Source: Patescibacteria group bacterium
GTDB lineage: Bacteria > Patescibacteriota > Minisyncoccia > Minisyncoccales > PEYH01
Direction of reading: 5' to 3'
DNA length: 64,000 bases
NCBI GenBank assembly: GCA_018900835.1
Contig: JAHIFQ010000015.1
Location: 50,301 to 114,300 of the forward strand
The notes below the pieces were generated by a model. That model made no database searches. It saw only the letters and a list, made by a program, of their open reading frames with translations, and had not been told where the DNA came from. The position numbers and the translations under genes were made by a program. Positions 1-9,475 of this stretch are shown in pieces. The first letter of the stretch is position 1, and the number at the start of each line of letters is the position of its first letter.

Positions 1-690
1 CCTAAAGGAACTGCAGTCAAGCTTACTATTTTCCGCGAGGGATGGAGTGATACTAAAGTATTTGAAATTTCAAGAGATGTGATAAAAATTCCTAATTTTC
101 AATGGGAAATTATTAATGGAGATATAGCAAAGATTAAAGTTTATCAATTTTCCAGCGGACTGGATTCTGATTTTTCAAAGATAGTTCCAAAGATTTTGGA
201 TTCTTCTGCGAAAAAAATTATTCTTGATTTGCGCAGTAATCCAGGAGGTCTTTTGTATGAAGCGCAGTTGATGGCTGGCTGGTTTTTGAATAAGGGTGAT
301 ATGGTTACCATTGAAAGCTTTGGAGAAGGTAGAGATGAGAAAGAGTATAGGGCAATTGGTAGCGGAGCTTTGTTTGAATATCCGACAGTTATACTTATCA
401 ACCAAGGAACAGCATCTGGCGCAGAAATTTTAGCAGCTGCTTTGAGAGATAATAGAGATGATGTAAAATTAATAGGAGAAAAGTCATTCGGCAAGGGCTC
501 TGTTCAGGAGCCAGTGGATTTGCGTGGAGGAGCTCTTCTCAAGGTTACAGTAGCTCACTGGCTTACTCCTAACAGAGAGATGATTAATGAGATTGGGCTT
601 ACCCCGGATATAGAAATAAAAATAACTGAAGATGACTATAAGGAAAACAGAGACCCACAATTAGATAAGGCGCTTGAGGAATTGAAATAA
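1..690 (+). CDS. C-terminal processing (S41) peptidase, 5'-partial (continues upstream of window)
   Basis: Frame 1 is open from nt 1. LDLRSNPGGLL motif and tail-specific protease catalytic-region architecture. Confidence 0.7.
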   Translation, partial: PKGTAVKLTIFREGWSDTKVFEISRDVIKIPNFQWEIINGDIAKIKVYQFSSGLDSDFSKIVPKILDSSAKKIILDLRSNPGGLLYEAQLMAGWFLNKGDMVTIESFGEGRDEKEYRAIGSGALFEYPTVILINQGTASGAEILAAALRDNRDDVKLIGEKSFGKGSVQEPVDLRGGALLKVTVAHWLTPNREMINEIGLTPDIEIKITEDDYKENRDPQLDKALEELK

Positions 691-721
691 TAATTAGGTT
701 TTAAAATAGCAGGATAGAAAT

Positions 722-1189
722 ATGAAAGTAATTCTACTCAAAGACATAGAAAATTTAGGCAAGAAATACGAGGTAAAATCCATTAAAAATGGCTATGCCA
801 GGAATTTTTTGATTCCAAATGGTTTAGCGAAGCTTGCAACCTCTTCAGCCATAACTGAACTCAAGGAGATAAAAAAGAAAGAAGAATTATTAGCAGAAAA
901 ACATTTGATTGAAACCCAGGAAATTGCTTCAAAGTTTGATGGTCAGGGAATTGAGTTTTTCGTCAAAACAGGGGAGGACGGACAATTATTTGAATCAATT
1001 ACGCCTTTGAAGATTTCTAAAAAATTATGCGAAATGGGGTTTGAAATAAAAAAAGACCAGATTATTCTGGAAAAGCCGATAAAAGAATTAGGAGAATTTC
1101 CTGTGAAAATAATGCTTGACCACCATTTGGAAGCCAAGATTACTCTTATTGTTGAGCCAGAATCACCAAGAGAGCCATCTGAAGAATAA
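722..1189 (+). CDS. rplI: 50S ribosomal protein L9
   Basis: MKVILLKDIENLGKKYEVKSIKNGYARNFLIPNGLA is a typical L9 N-terminus. ~150 aa. Confidence 0.9.
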   Translation: MKVILLKDIENLGKKYEVKSIKNGYARNFLIPNGLAKLATSSAITELKEIKKKEELLAEKHLIETQEIASKFDGQGIEFFVKTGEDGQLFESITPLKISKKLCEMGFEIKKDQIILEKPIKELGEFPVKIMLDHHLEAKITLIVEPESPREPSEE

Positions 1190-1462
1190 TTATTCCACAG
1201 ATACTACTTTTGCTCTTCGCTGGGTTCCGTTGAATCTTCTTATCCGTTTGGTTGAAAACTTAACCAAACCTTCTTTGTTTGCGTAGAGAGTGTCATCTTT
1301 CCCTTTTCCAACATTTTTACCAGGCACATATTTGGTTCCTCTTTGTCGTATAATAATCATTCCTGGCTTGACGCTTTGGTCGGCGTTAACCTTGACCCCT
1401 AAATATTTGGGCCTTGAATCTCTTCCTAAACTTGTTGAACCAGAAGATTTTGTTTTAGACAT
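1190..1462 (-). CDS. rpmA: 50S ribosomal protein L27
   Basis: [17 protein letters not shown]...IIIRQRGTK matches the L27 consensus. 90 aa. Confidence 0.9.
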   Translation of the reverse strand: MSKTKSSGSTSLGRDSRPKYLGVKVNADQSVKPGMIIIRQRGTKYVPGKNVGKGKDDTLYANKEGLVKFSTKRIRRFNGTQRRAKVVSVE

Positions 1463-1520
1463 ATTAGAAAAATTTAACGAGTAAACGAGTTTTAATTTTT
1501 CTTATACCCGCCTTGGGCGG

Positions 1521-1721
1521 GTGGCTAAATTAAAAATTAAACGAGAAAAATTAAAAACAAAAAACTATATTTGTATGCTATCAAAAATTGTTAAATTAGT
1601 CAATAAAAACAAAGATGTTATCTTGTTGGCTCTGATAATATTTTTGGCAAGTTTATTTATTTTTTCTCTGATTTGGATTTTCATAGAACTTGGGTCAAGC
1701 AAACCGATTGAGATATATTAA
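1521..1721 (+). CDS. small hydrophobic hypothetical protein (66 aa, 1 TM)
   Basis: ORF only; hydrophobic C-terminal half. GC hairpin cccgccttgggcggg lies just upstream (1508-1522). Confidence 0.2.
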   Translation: MAKLKIKREKLKTKNYICMLSKIVKLVNKNKDVILLALIIFLASLFIFSLIWIFIELGSSKPIEIY

Positions 1722-1730
1722 ATCCACTCA

Positions 1731-3053
1731 ATGCGCCTTAGGCGCATTTTGGTTGATAAAAATGCGCAAATATGCCAGAATTTAATCAATATGGATGATT
1801 TGTTTGATAAAAATTTAGAAGAGGCGTTAAGGAAAGATGCCCCTTTGGCAGACCGCATTAGGCCTGAGGATTTTGACTATTTTTTCGGCCAAGAAGAATT
1901 GGTAGGGGAAAGCAGTCCTTTGCGCCGGGCTATTCAAAATGATAATCTAACTTCTTTGATATTTTGGGGACCACCGGGTTCGGGCAAGACAACTTTGGCA
2001 AGGATAATCGCTAAAAAAACAAAAGCAGATTTTGTGAAATTTTCTGCTGTTGTTACTGGGATAAATGATGTTAGGAAGGCGATTGAAAAAGCTAGAGAAA
2101 GGTTAAAATTTAAAAGACAAAAAACAATCCTTTTTATTGACGAGATTCATCGTTTTAATAAAGCTCAACAGGACGCTTTTTTACCTTATGTAGAGGATGG
2201 CACGATTGTTTTGATAGGAGCTACAACAGAAAACCCTTCTTTTTCAGTGATATCACCGCTCTTATCCCGTTCAGCGGTCTATGTGTTAAAGCCATTATCA
2301 AGAGATGCGTTGAAAAGTATTTTATTGCAGGCCTTGAAAAATAAAGATAGGGGATTCGGCAATTCCGAGATAAAAGTTGAAGAAAAGGCGTTTGAACGAT
2401 TGATTAATTTTGCTGACGGAGATGCGCGGGTTGGATTAAATGGCTTGGAGTTTATAGTTAACCATTTGAAAGCGGAAAAAAAGAATATTATAAAAGCGGA
2501 TGAGGTTTCTGAAATATTAAAAGAACATGCTCTGCGTTATGACAAAAAAGGAGAAGAGCATTACAATATAATCTCTGCGTTTATAAAAAGTATGAGGGAT
2601 TCTGACCCAAATGGCGCGCTTTACTGGTTGGCGAGAATGGTGGAGTCAGGGGAAGACCCAAGATTTATTGCGCGTAGAATGGTAATTTTTGCTTCCGAAG
2701 ATATTGGCAACGCTGACCCGCAGGCGATACAAATGGCAACAGCTATTGCTCACGCTGTTGAATATGTGGGTTTTCCTGAAGCACAAATTAATTTAGCCCA
2801 TGGAGTGACTTATCTTGCCACTGCTCCTAAAAGCAATGCTTCTTACTCTGCTTTGTTAGAAGCAAAAGAAGATGCTAAAAAAGGCGCTTTTGGGGTACCT
2901 CTGTATTTGCGAAATGCAGTCACTAATTTGATGAAAAAAATTGGGTATGGAAAGGGTTATCAATATGCCCACAATGTACCGGGCAAAAAGCCAGAACAAA
3001 CTCATTTCCCAGAAGAAATAGGGGAAAAACAATATTACCATCCAGAAAAATAG
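1731..3053 (+). CDS. rarA: Replication-associated recombination protein A (AAA+ ATPase RarA/MgsA)
   Basis: Walker A GPPGSGKTTLARIIA, Walker B ILFIDEIHRFNK. ~440 aa with MgsA C-terminal domain. Confidence 0.85.
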   Translation: MRLRRILVDKNAQICQNLINMDDLFDKNLEEALRKDAPLADRIRPEDFDYFFGQEELVGESSPLRRAIQNDNLTSLIFWGPPGSGKTTLARIIAKKTKADFVKFSAVVTGINDVRKAIEKARERLKFKRQKTILFIDEIHRFNKAQQDAFLPYVEDGTIVLIGATTENPSFSVISPLLSRSAVYVLKPLSRDALKSILLQALKNKDRGFGNSEIKVEEKAFERLINFADGDARVGLNGLEFIVNHLKAEKKNIIKADEVSEILKEHALRYDKKGEEHYNIISAFIKSMRDSDPNGALYWLARMVESGEDPRFIARRMVIFASEDIGNADPQAIQMATAIAHAVEYVGFPEAQINLAHGVTYLATAPKSNASYSALLEAKEDAKKGAFGVPLYLRNAVTNLMKKIGYGKGYQYAHNVPGKKPEQTHFPEEIGEKQYYHPEK

Positions 3054-3121
3054 CATTCTTTTTTCTAAGGTGATAGAATATAATAAAGGTCAAAAGATAA
3101 TTAATAAATTACATTAAAAAA

Positions 3122-3571
3122 ATGATAAATAAATTATTGAAGAATCGTTTGTTTATGTTGTTTATTGTTATAATACTCTTAGCATCAGCAATCTTTATTG
3201 CTATTGATTTCATTTGTTGGCCTGAAAAAACAGTTTCACCAACAAGTAGCGAGAACTATATTTTCACCGAGGCAAATGAGGGTGCTGTTCAGGTTTCGGT
3301 TGGACATGAATTTGTAGTGTTGCTTGAAACAAACCCAACTACTGGCTTTCAGTGGGGATTACAGCTGGACCCTAATTATATTGATTTTAAGGGGAAAGAA
3401 TATATTGCAGATGAATCAGCAGAGGAAATAGTCGGAGCCGGAGGTCATGAAAAGTTTACATTTACAGCAATGACCATAGGCCAGTCAGAAATAATCTTTG
3501 CTTATACTAGGCCGTGGGAAAGCATAGAGCCGAAAAAGGTTATTACATACAGCATTGTCGCAGTTGAATAA
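3122..3571 (+). CDS. Chagasin-family (I42) cysteine-peptidase inhibitor, membrane-anchored
   Basis: N-terminal TM then NPTTGFQW (chagasin NPTTG motif) and a GAGG loop. ~110-aa inhibitor domain. Confidence 0.6.
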   Translation: MINKLLKNRLFMLFIVIILLASAIFIAIDFICWPEKTVSPTSSENYIFTEANEGAVQVSVGHEFVVLLETNPTTGFQWGLQLDPNYIDFKGKEYIADESAEEIVGAGGHEKFTFTAMTIGQSEIIFAYTRPWESIEPKKVITYSIVAVE

Positions 3572-3577
3572 TAATAT

Positions 3578-4171
3578 ATGGATAACCAATTTATTGATTT
3601 AGAATATCAGAGGACTAAAATTGTCCGATATTTGGACAGTTTGGATGATGAAGAGAGGAGAAGGGCATTTCGTGCAATGGATTTGGCAGAGGAACAGCAT
3701 GCCGGACAATTTCGTTCAAGCGGGATTTCTTACATCATTCATCCTATCCGCGTTGCCCTTATTTTAGTTGAAGAATTAGGGATAGATGATAATGATTTGC
3801 TATGTGCCGGTTTTTTGCATGATGTCATAGAAGACGGGGTCTTGACAGTTACACGTCTAAATAATCTATTCGGTCCGGAGGTTAGCCGTATTGTTGAAAA
3901 ATTAACGCGTTATAAGTCGGTGGGTGAGTCGGAAGAAGAAAAATTAGAAAATAAGAAAAGAAAAGCGCAGGAGATAAGCAAGGCGGACGAAAATGTGCGG
4001 ATAATAAAACTTTGCGATGTTTTGGATAACGCTCGGTCAAATAACTTTATTCCCGAAACATCTCTGGATTTCCATAAGATTTTCCGTTGGAAGGAAGAAA
4101 CAAAATCTTATCTTCCGATCGCCGAAAAAACAAATCAAAGGATTTATGAGTTATTAAATCAGCTTGAATAA
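3578..4171 (+). CDS. HD-domain (p)ppGpp hydrolase-like protein (SpoT/RelA HD domain only; small alarmone hydrolase)
   Basis: HAGQFRSSGISYIIHPIRVALIL...GFLHDVIEDG...IIKLCDVLDNAR matches the Rel/Spo HD-domain motifs. No synthetase domain. Confidence 0.7.
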   Translation: MDNQFIDLEYQRTKIVRYLDSLDDEERRRAFRAMDLAEEQHAGQFRSSGISYIIHPIRVALILVEELGIDDNDLLCAGFLHDVIEDGVLTVTRLNNLFGPEVSRIVEKLTRYKSVGESEEEKLENKKRKAQEISKADENVRIIKLCDVLDNARSNNFIPETSLDFHKIFRWKEETKSYLPIAEKTNQRIYELLNQLE

Positions 4172-4538
4172 TATTATGATAGAAGAATATCGTTTTGGGA
4201 AAATGATGATTGAAGGCGATGAATATAATTATGATGTGGAAGTTGACTGGGAGGGAGAGGTTTTGGAATGGACGAGAAAGAACAGTCATATAATAGATAA
4301 GGAAGATATAGAAAGGGCGCTGGAAAAAGAGCCAGAGATAATTGTTGTCGGCACTGGCGAGTCAGGAGTCGCGCAGGTGACAGAGGACGCAAAACAAAAG
4401 TGCAAGGAAGCCGGAGTGGAGCTGATAATAGATATCACTGAAGAAGCAGTAAAAACATTTAATGTAATCTGCGCAGAGTCATTGGAAGAAGATGGTGAGC
4501 AAGCGGAGGTCATAGGGCTTTTCCATTTGACCTGTTAA
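4164..4538 (+). CDS. Mth938-like domain protein (DUF498 family)
   Basis: IIVVGTGESG ... C-terminal FHLTC is characteristic of Mth938-like proteins. Overlaps upstream gene by 8 nt. Confidence 0.55.
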   Translation: MNNIMIEEYRFGKMMIEGDEYNYDVEVDWEGEVLEWTRKNSHIIDKEDIERALEKEPEIIVVGTGESGVAQVTEDAKQKCKEAGVELIIDITEEAVKTFNVICAESLEEDGEQAEVIGLFHLTC

Positions 4539-4593
4539 TCATTAAGCAATTTTAATATGAAGAAAATTATTTTTGAGATATTAATTTTACATT

Positions 4594-5367
4594 ATGTCTG
4601 ATTATTACAAAGCAAAAAGGGATTATAGGATTTTTAAGCCGGGACAGTCGGGAGCGTTTAAAGTGAGCCGTTCAAAAATTGGCTTATTTATGGAATGTCC
4701 AAGGTGTTTTTATATGGATTGTTGCTTGGGCGTAAGCCGTCCGCCGGGATTTCCTTTTACTCTAAACAGCGCAGTTGACAAGCTTTTGAAAAAAGAATTT
4801 GATGTCCATCGGATTGCCAAAACCAGCCATCCTTTAATGGAAGAATATGGGATTGACGCAGTGCCGTTTCAAGACAAGCGGATTGACGAGTGGCGGGATA
4901 CGAGGAGGGGGATTCAATATATCCACGAGCCGACAAATCTTTTGATAATGGGCGCAATTGATGATATCTGGGTTAATCCGCAGGGAGAACTGCATATTGT
5001 GGATTACAAGGCAACATCAAAAGCTGGAGAAATAACATTGGATGCAGAGTGGCAGATTGGGTATAAAAGACAGATGGAGGTCTATCAATGGCTTTTTAGA
5101 CGAAATGAATTTAGTGTTTCTGATACATCATATTTTGTTTATTGTAATGGGAAGACCGATACAGAGGCATTTGATAAAAAGATTGAGTTTGATATTTCAG
5201 TAATTCCATACAAAGGAGATGACGCTTGGGTAGAACAAGCTATTCATGATATTAAAGAATGCCTTGAAAAGGACGCGATTCCGGAAATGGCGTCTGATTG
5301 CGATTATTGCAGTTATAGAAAAGCAGCTGCTCAAGAAAGCTACAAGTTTTCAAAGAAAAATAAATGA
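4594..5367 (+). CDS. Cas4-like PD-(D/E)XK nuclease with Cys cluster (paralog A)
   Basis: N-terminal CPRCF..CC, motif II GAIDD, motif III IVDYK, QxxxY-like QIGYKRQMEVY, C-terminal CDYC. Confidence 0.55.
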   Translation: MSDYYKAKRDYRIFKPGQSGAFKVSRSKIGLFMECPRCFYMDCCLGVSRPPGFPFTLNSAVDKLLKKEFDVHRIAKTSHPLMEEYGIDAVPFQDKRIDEWRDTRRGIQYIHEPTNLLIMGAIDDIWVNPQGELHIVDYKATSKAGEITLDAEWQIGYKRQMEVYQWLFRRNEFSVSDTSYFVYCNGKTDTEAFDKKIEFDISVIPYKGDDAWVEQAIHDIKECLEKDAIPEMASDCDYCSYRKAAAQESYKFSKKNK

Positions 5368-6029
5368 TAAAGATTTCGCCTAATTCTTTGAATCTGTATT
5401 TTGAATGTCCGTTTTGTTTTTGGCTGGAAAAGAATAGGGGAATCAAAAGACCTGCGCCGTTTCCTTATGAGTTAAACTTGGCGGTTGACCAGGTTTTGAG
5501 GCGTGATTTTGACAAACATAGAGCAAAAGATAGAAAGCATCCTTTACTTGAAGCAAACAATATTCCTGCCAAGCTTTTTTCAAACCAAAAACTTTTGAAC
5601 GAATGGCGGAACAAGTCCAAGGGATTGGAATATTATGACGAAAAAACAGGGGCAGTCATTTTCGGAGTGCTTGATGATGTGTTGGATTTTGGGAAAGGGA
5701 AACTGGCGCCGTTTGATTATAAGTCAACAGGAAGCAGTGTGCCCAAGGTCTATGACAGGTTTCAGCTTCAGATGGATGTTTACACTTTTCTTTTGGAGAA
5801 GAACGGATACGCCACTCCAAGAAAAGGCGTTTTAGTATTTTATACTGTTGATAAGGACGATTCTTTTGATGACCGATTGCCGTTCAAAAAAGAGATTCAT
5901 ATTATTGATACTGACCCATCATATATTTTAAGAACATTCCGAGAAGCGATTAAGTTTTTGAAAAAACCTGCTCCATTGGCTCACAGCCCGGAATGCGAAT
6001 TCGGCAGGTGGGCCGAGCTTTTAAAATAA
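5364..6029 (+). CDS. Cas4-like PD-(D/E)XK nuclease (paralog B), overlaps paralog A by 4 nt
   Basis: CPFCF, RPAPFPYELNLAVD, GVLDDV, FDYKSTG, QLQMDVY. Clear paralog of 4594-5367. Confidence 0.55.
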   Translation: MIKISPNSLNLYFECPFCFWLEKNRGIKRPAPFPYELNLAVDQVLRRDFDKHRAKDRKHPLLEANNIPAKLFSNQKLLNEWRNKSKGLEYYDEKTGAVIFGVLDDVLDFGKGKLAPFDYKSTGSSVPKVYDRFQLQMDVYTFLLEKNGYATPRKGVLVFYTVDKDDSFDDRLPFKKEIHIIDTDPSYILRTFREAIKFLKKPAPLAHSPECEFGRWAELLK

Positions 6030-6043
6030 TCTTTAGAATCACA

Positions 6044-6070
6044 ATGTTTAGAGGTTCAACCTCTAAACAT
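6044..6070. repeat. Palindromic element family 2 (ATGTTTAGAGGTT-C-AACCTCTAAACAT), copy A
   Basis: Perfect 13+1+13 palindrome. Identical copies at 7433-7459 and 42206-42232. Confidence 0.85.
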
Positions 6071-6077
6071 CGAATGA

Positions 6078-6100
6078 TTTTGGAAACCAGGTTTCCAAAA
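6078..6100. repeat. Palindromic element family 3 (TTTTGGAAACC-A-GGTTTCCAAAA), adjacent to family-2 copy
   Basis: 11+1+11 palindrome. Second copy at 46657-46679. Confidence 0.8.
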
Positions 6101-6180
6101 TGGTGGTTTCCAGAATGGCAACAAAAACCATACTTGACACCATTTTTACCATTTTAATTATTTTAATTAAATATTAATAT

Positions 6181-6639
6181 ATGAAAACAAAAAGTAAAAT
6201 CATTATTCTAGTATTTACGTTAATTATTTTAATAATTGGGACAATTGTTTTTATAGAAGACTTTAAATATGAAAAACATGGTAATGGATGGAATGTCAGT
6301 CCGGCATTTGGAATAACAGAATTTTTATATAGAAAAATGTGTATCATCCAGAATGGGAGAGGAGTTAGCCTTGGATTTTCTGCTCGTTATTACTGTGATT
6401 TTATGTTTGAAGATGCTGGCAAAGAATGCATCAACCATGAACAATGTAAAGGAATATGTACTATGAGTAAAGAGGATGCTGAAATCTATTGCCCCGATTA
6501 TGCAAGTGCCATTTTTATTACAGAGCCTAATTGTGAGAATGCTAAAGGAATATGTTCCAAGTACCCTAGTCACGGATTTGGTGAGTCTATTTTAGTTAAC
6601 AATGGGTTTGTGACTAGAAACCTTTTAAATTATGATTAA
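6181..6639 (+). CDS. Cys-rich secreted/membrane-anchored hypothetical protein
   Basis: N-terminal hydrophobic segment and ≥10 Cys in the C-terminal 100 aa. Confidence 0.4.
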   Translation: MKTKSKIIILVFTLIILIIGTIVFIEDFKYEKHGNGWNVSPAFGITEFLYRKMCIIQNGRGVSLGFSARYYCDFMFEDAGKECINHEQCKGICTMSKEDAEIYCPDYASAIFITEPNCENAKGICSKYPSHGFGESILVNNGFVTRNLLNYD

Positions 6640-6798
6640 ATTGTCTTAGAAATAGATTAATTTAATTATTATGGAAGAAAAAATGGTGTTAACTCTGGTT
6701 TTTAACGCTATTTTTTAATAAATTGCGCCTCGGGAAAACCCGAGGAAAAACCATAATGTTTTTTTGAAATCTGAATAAGCTTAATCCGATAAAATATC

Positions 6799-7335
6799 AT
6801 GTTATCAATCATTATTTCATATATATTTTTTATAATCGCTCTAATATTTTTGTTGTCTCTTACGGTTTCCAGTTTTTCGATTGCTCCGTGGGTTCCTTGT
6901 AAAAAGAAGGACTTGGAGCGGATTAATCGTTTGGCCGGATTAAAATCCGGTGAGTTATTTTGTGAATTGGGCTGCGGTGATGGGCGAGTTTGTAGATATA
7001 TTGCCAAAAAGAATCCCGAATCACGAATAGTTGGCATTGAATTATCTCTGCCGATTTTTTTGTGGGCGAAATTGATAGAATTATTTTTTAAGTCAGATAA
7101 TATGAAAATAAAATTTGGCAATGCTCTTAAGTATAATCTTTCAGAAATGGATGTAATATATACTTATGCTTTAGTACAATCTATTAATGGTAAATTAAAA
7201 AATAAATTTGAGAAAGAAATGAAAAATGGGGCAAAAGTTTTGTCTTATGCCTTTATCATTAATGAGTGGAAAGGGAAGACATATTTTGATAGGCCTGATA
7301 GCAAAAGCTTGCCGATTTATATTTATGAATTTTAA
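6799..7335 (+). CDS. Class I SAM-dependent methyltransferase with N-terminal TM segment
   Basis: ELGCGDGRV glycine-rich SAM-binding motif I. Confidence 0.55.
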   Translation: MLSIIISYIFFIIALIFLLSLTVSSFSIAPWVPCKKKDLERINRLAGLKSGELFCELGCGDGRVCRYIAKKNPESRIVGIELSLPIFLWAKLIELFFKSDNMKIKFGNALKYNLSEMDVIYTYALVQSINGKLKNKFEKEMKNGAKVLSYAFIINEWKGKTYFDRPDSKSLPIYIYEF

Positions 7336-7431
7336 ATTGTTGTATGGAACCAAAAAACGCCCTCCCAGCGTCTTTGGACAAAGAACTATTTGAAAAAATC
7401 TCCGATAAAATCAGAGAAATATAATTGGCTC

Positions 7432-7460
7432 AATGTTTAGAGGTTCAACCTCTAAACATT
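7432..7460. repeat. Palindromic element family 2, copy B (plus partial direct repeat CTCTAAACAT at 7464-7473)
   Basis: Identical to 6043-6070 core. Confidence 0.85.
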
Positions 7461-7474
7461 TTTCTCTAAACATC

Positions 7475-7640
7475 TCGAGTCAGAGAAGGGTCAGAGGGTG
7501 AATGCATAGCATCCACCCTCATTAACACGCGCGTTGCGCCGAAGCGCAATTCAAAAGAACGGTTGAGTCGGTCATGCCTCTCCAGGCAGTGGTAGATTGA
7601 GAAAAATAGGACAAAGGAGTTTAGGGTGAGGCAGGGGACC
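7475..7640. ncRNA. GC-rich structured intergenic element (candidate ncRNA / cis-regulatory leader), identity unknown
   Basis: ~55% GC island in a ~35% GC intergenic region. On the minus strand it carries GAGGGTG..CACCCTC and GCGC-UUCG-GCGC stem-loops. No ORF. Confidence 0.3.
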
Positions 7641-7757
7641 GATTCAATTATATTTTAACTTATCAACAACATCTGTCAAGCGGAATAATCCACAATAATG
7701 ACCAATATATCTTTTTAGGTCATTTTTTGTTAGAATAAAGGAAATAATATTGGAATT

Positions 7758-9467
7758 ATGAAAAAAGCGCTTTTAACAGCAATTATTTTTGTTTCTCTGT
7801 TTGGAGCAGGTTTTGTGATGGCTTATGAGGCAATAGATAGTTTTGATGTGATTATTAAAGTTAATTCTGACAGCACTCTTAATATTGAAGAACAAATTAA
7901 ATATAATTTTGGACTTGCTGACAAACACGGCATTTACAGGGATATTCCTATAAAGTATCAGGCAAGGGGAGGAAATTATAATCTTAGAATTTCTGATATT
8001 GAAGTGGTCAATGAAAATGGGCAGCCATATAAATTTGCCATTTCCTCTGAAGGCGAATACAAGAGAATCAAAATTGGCGATGCAGACAAATATGTTACTG
8101 GGCAGAAGACATATATTATAAGATATAAGATTGGGAGGGCGATAAATTATTTTCAGGACTACGATGAAATCTATTGGAATGCCACAGGCAATGAATGGCA
8201 AGTGCCTATTTTAGAATCATCAGCAAAAGTGATTTTGCCGGAAGCAACTAATATTCAATCAATTAAGGCAGATTGTTTTGCCGGAGCAATTGGAAGCATA
8301 GAGAAATGTTCCAGCGTTATTATCTCATCAGAGCCATCAGGAATGATTGAGTTTTCCCAGACAGCGCTGTCCTCATATCAGGGCTTAACCATAGTTGTTG
8401 GGGTGCCGAAAGGAGTAATTACGCCACCTTCCAAGTTTTCTGGAGCAATAGAGTTTTTGCGAGATAATTTGATTTTATTCCTACCAATAGTAGTATTCAT
8501 TATTTTCTTCACTATCTGGTGGAAAAAAGGCAAAGACCCGAAAGGCAGAAAAACAATTATTGCTCAATATTATGCGCCTGATAACTTGACTCCCGCAGAA
8601 GTAGGAACAATTATTGACGAAAGGGTTCATAATAAAGATATTTCAGCAGAGATAATACATTTGGCGATTAAGGGATATTTAAAAATTAAACGGAATGAAA
8701 AAAAGATTTTATTCGCCAAATCAATTGATTATGAACTTATCAAACTCAAAGAAGATGATGGCTTGCAAAATGATTTTGACCAAAAATTGTTCAAAAGCAT
8801 CTTCAAGACAAAAAACGAAGTAAAGCTTTCTGATTTAAAGAAGGATTTTTTCAAAAGCGTTAAAGAAATCAGGGACTTGATTTACAAATCAGTTACAAAA
8901 AATGGCTATTTTGTAAGCCATCCGAATAAGGCGCGTATAAGTTATATTTCTATTGGCATTATTTTTCTTTTGCCCCTTATGTTCGGAGCTGGGCTTCTTA
9001 GCAAGTCCACAGTAGTTATCAGTTTGTTAATAACAGGTCTCTTAATAATGGTTTTTGGTTTGATTATGCCGAAAAGGACATTAAAAGGAGTTTTAGCCAA
9101 AGAACATATTTTGGGATTAAAGGACTATATAGAAACAGCAGAAAAAGAGAGGATTAAGTTTCATAATGCGCCTCAAAAAAATCCAGAATTATTTGAAAAA
9201 CTTTTGCCAATGGCAATGGTCTTAGGAGTAGAAAAGGAATGGGCAGTTCAATTTAAGGATATTTATCTTAACCAACCAAGCTGGTATGAGGGGCCAGTTG
9301 GTACTGGTTTTAACTCTATCATTTTTGTCGGAAATCTTAATTTTTTCGCATCAGCAGTTCGTGGGTCAATGGCTGCTCCGGGCGGGGCAGCAGGTGGAAA
9401 GAGCGGTTTTGGGGGAGGTGGTTTTTCAGGAGGCGGATTCGGTGGCGGAGGAGGTGGAAGTTGGTAA
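7758..9467 (+). CDS. DUF2207-like membrane protein with Gly-rich C-terminal tail
   Basis: Signal/TM at N-terminus, several TM helices in the middle, C-terminal GGGFSGGGFGGGGGGSW tail typical of DUF2207 proteins. Confidence 0.5.
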   Translation: MKKALLTAIIFVSLFGAGFVMAYEAIDSFDVIIKVNSDSTLNIEEQIKYNFGLADKHGIYRDIPIKYQARGGNYNLRISDIEVVNENGQPYKFAISSEGEYKRIKIGDADKYVTGQKTYIIRYKIGRAINYFQDYDEIYWNATGNEWQVPILESSAKVILPEATNIQSIKADCFAGAIGSIEKCSSVIISSEPSGMIEFSQTALSSYQGLTIVVGVPKGVITPPSKFSGAIEFLRDNLILFLPIVVFIIFFTIWWKKGKDPKGRKTIIAQYYAPDNLTPAEVGTIIDERVHNKDISAEIIHLAIKGYLKIKRNEKKILFAKSIDYELIKLKEDDGLQNDFDQKLFKSIFKTKNEVKLSDLKKDFFKSVKEIRDLIYKSVTKNGYFVSHPNKARISYISIGIIFLLPLMFGAGLLSKSTVVISLLITGLLIMVFGLIMPKRTLKGVLAKEHILGLKDYIETAEKERIKFHNAPQKNPELFEKLLPMAMVLGVEKEWAVQFKDIYLNQPSWYEGPVGTGFNSIIFVGNLNFFASAVRGSMAAPGGAAGGKSGFGGGGFSGGGFGGGGGGSW

Positions 9468-9475
9468 TAAAATAA

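Noticed and set aside
144-494. Antisense ORFs throughout the track (e.g. 144-494-, 6708-7121-, 16210-16542+, 24060-24692+, 26011-26400+, 32915-33487+, 33965-34273+, 45973-46284+)
   Set aside because: Each lies opposite a CDS with strong family-level motifs, and they have biased low-complexity composition. Treated as shadow ORFs.
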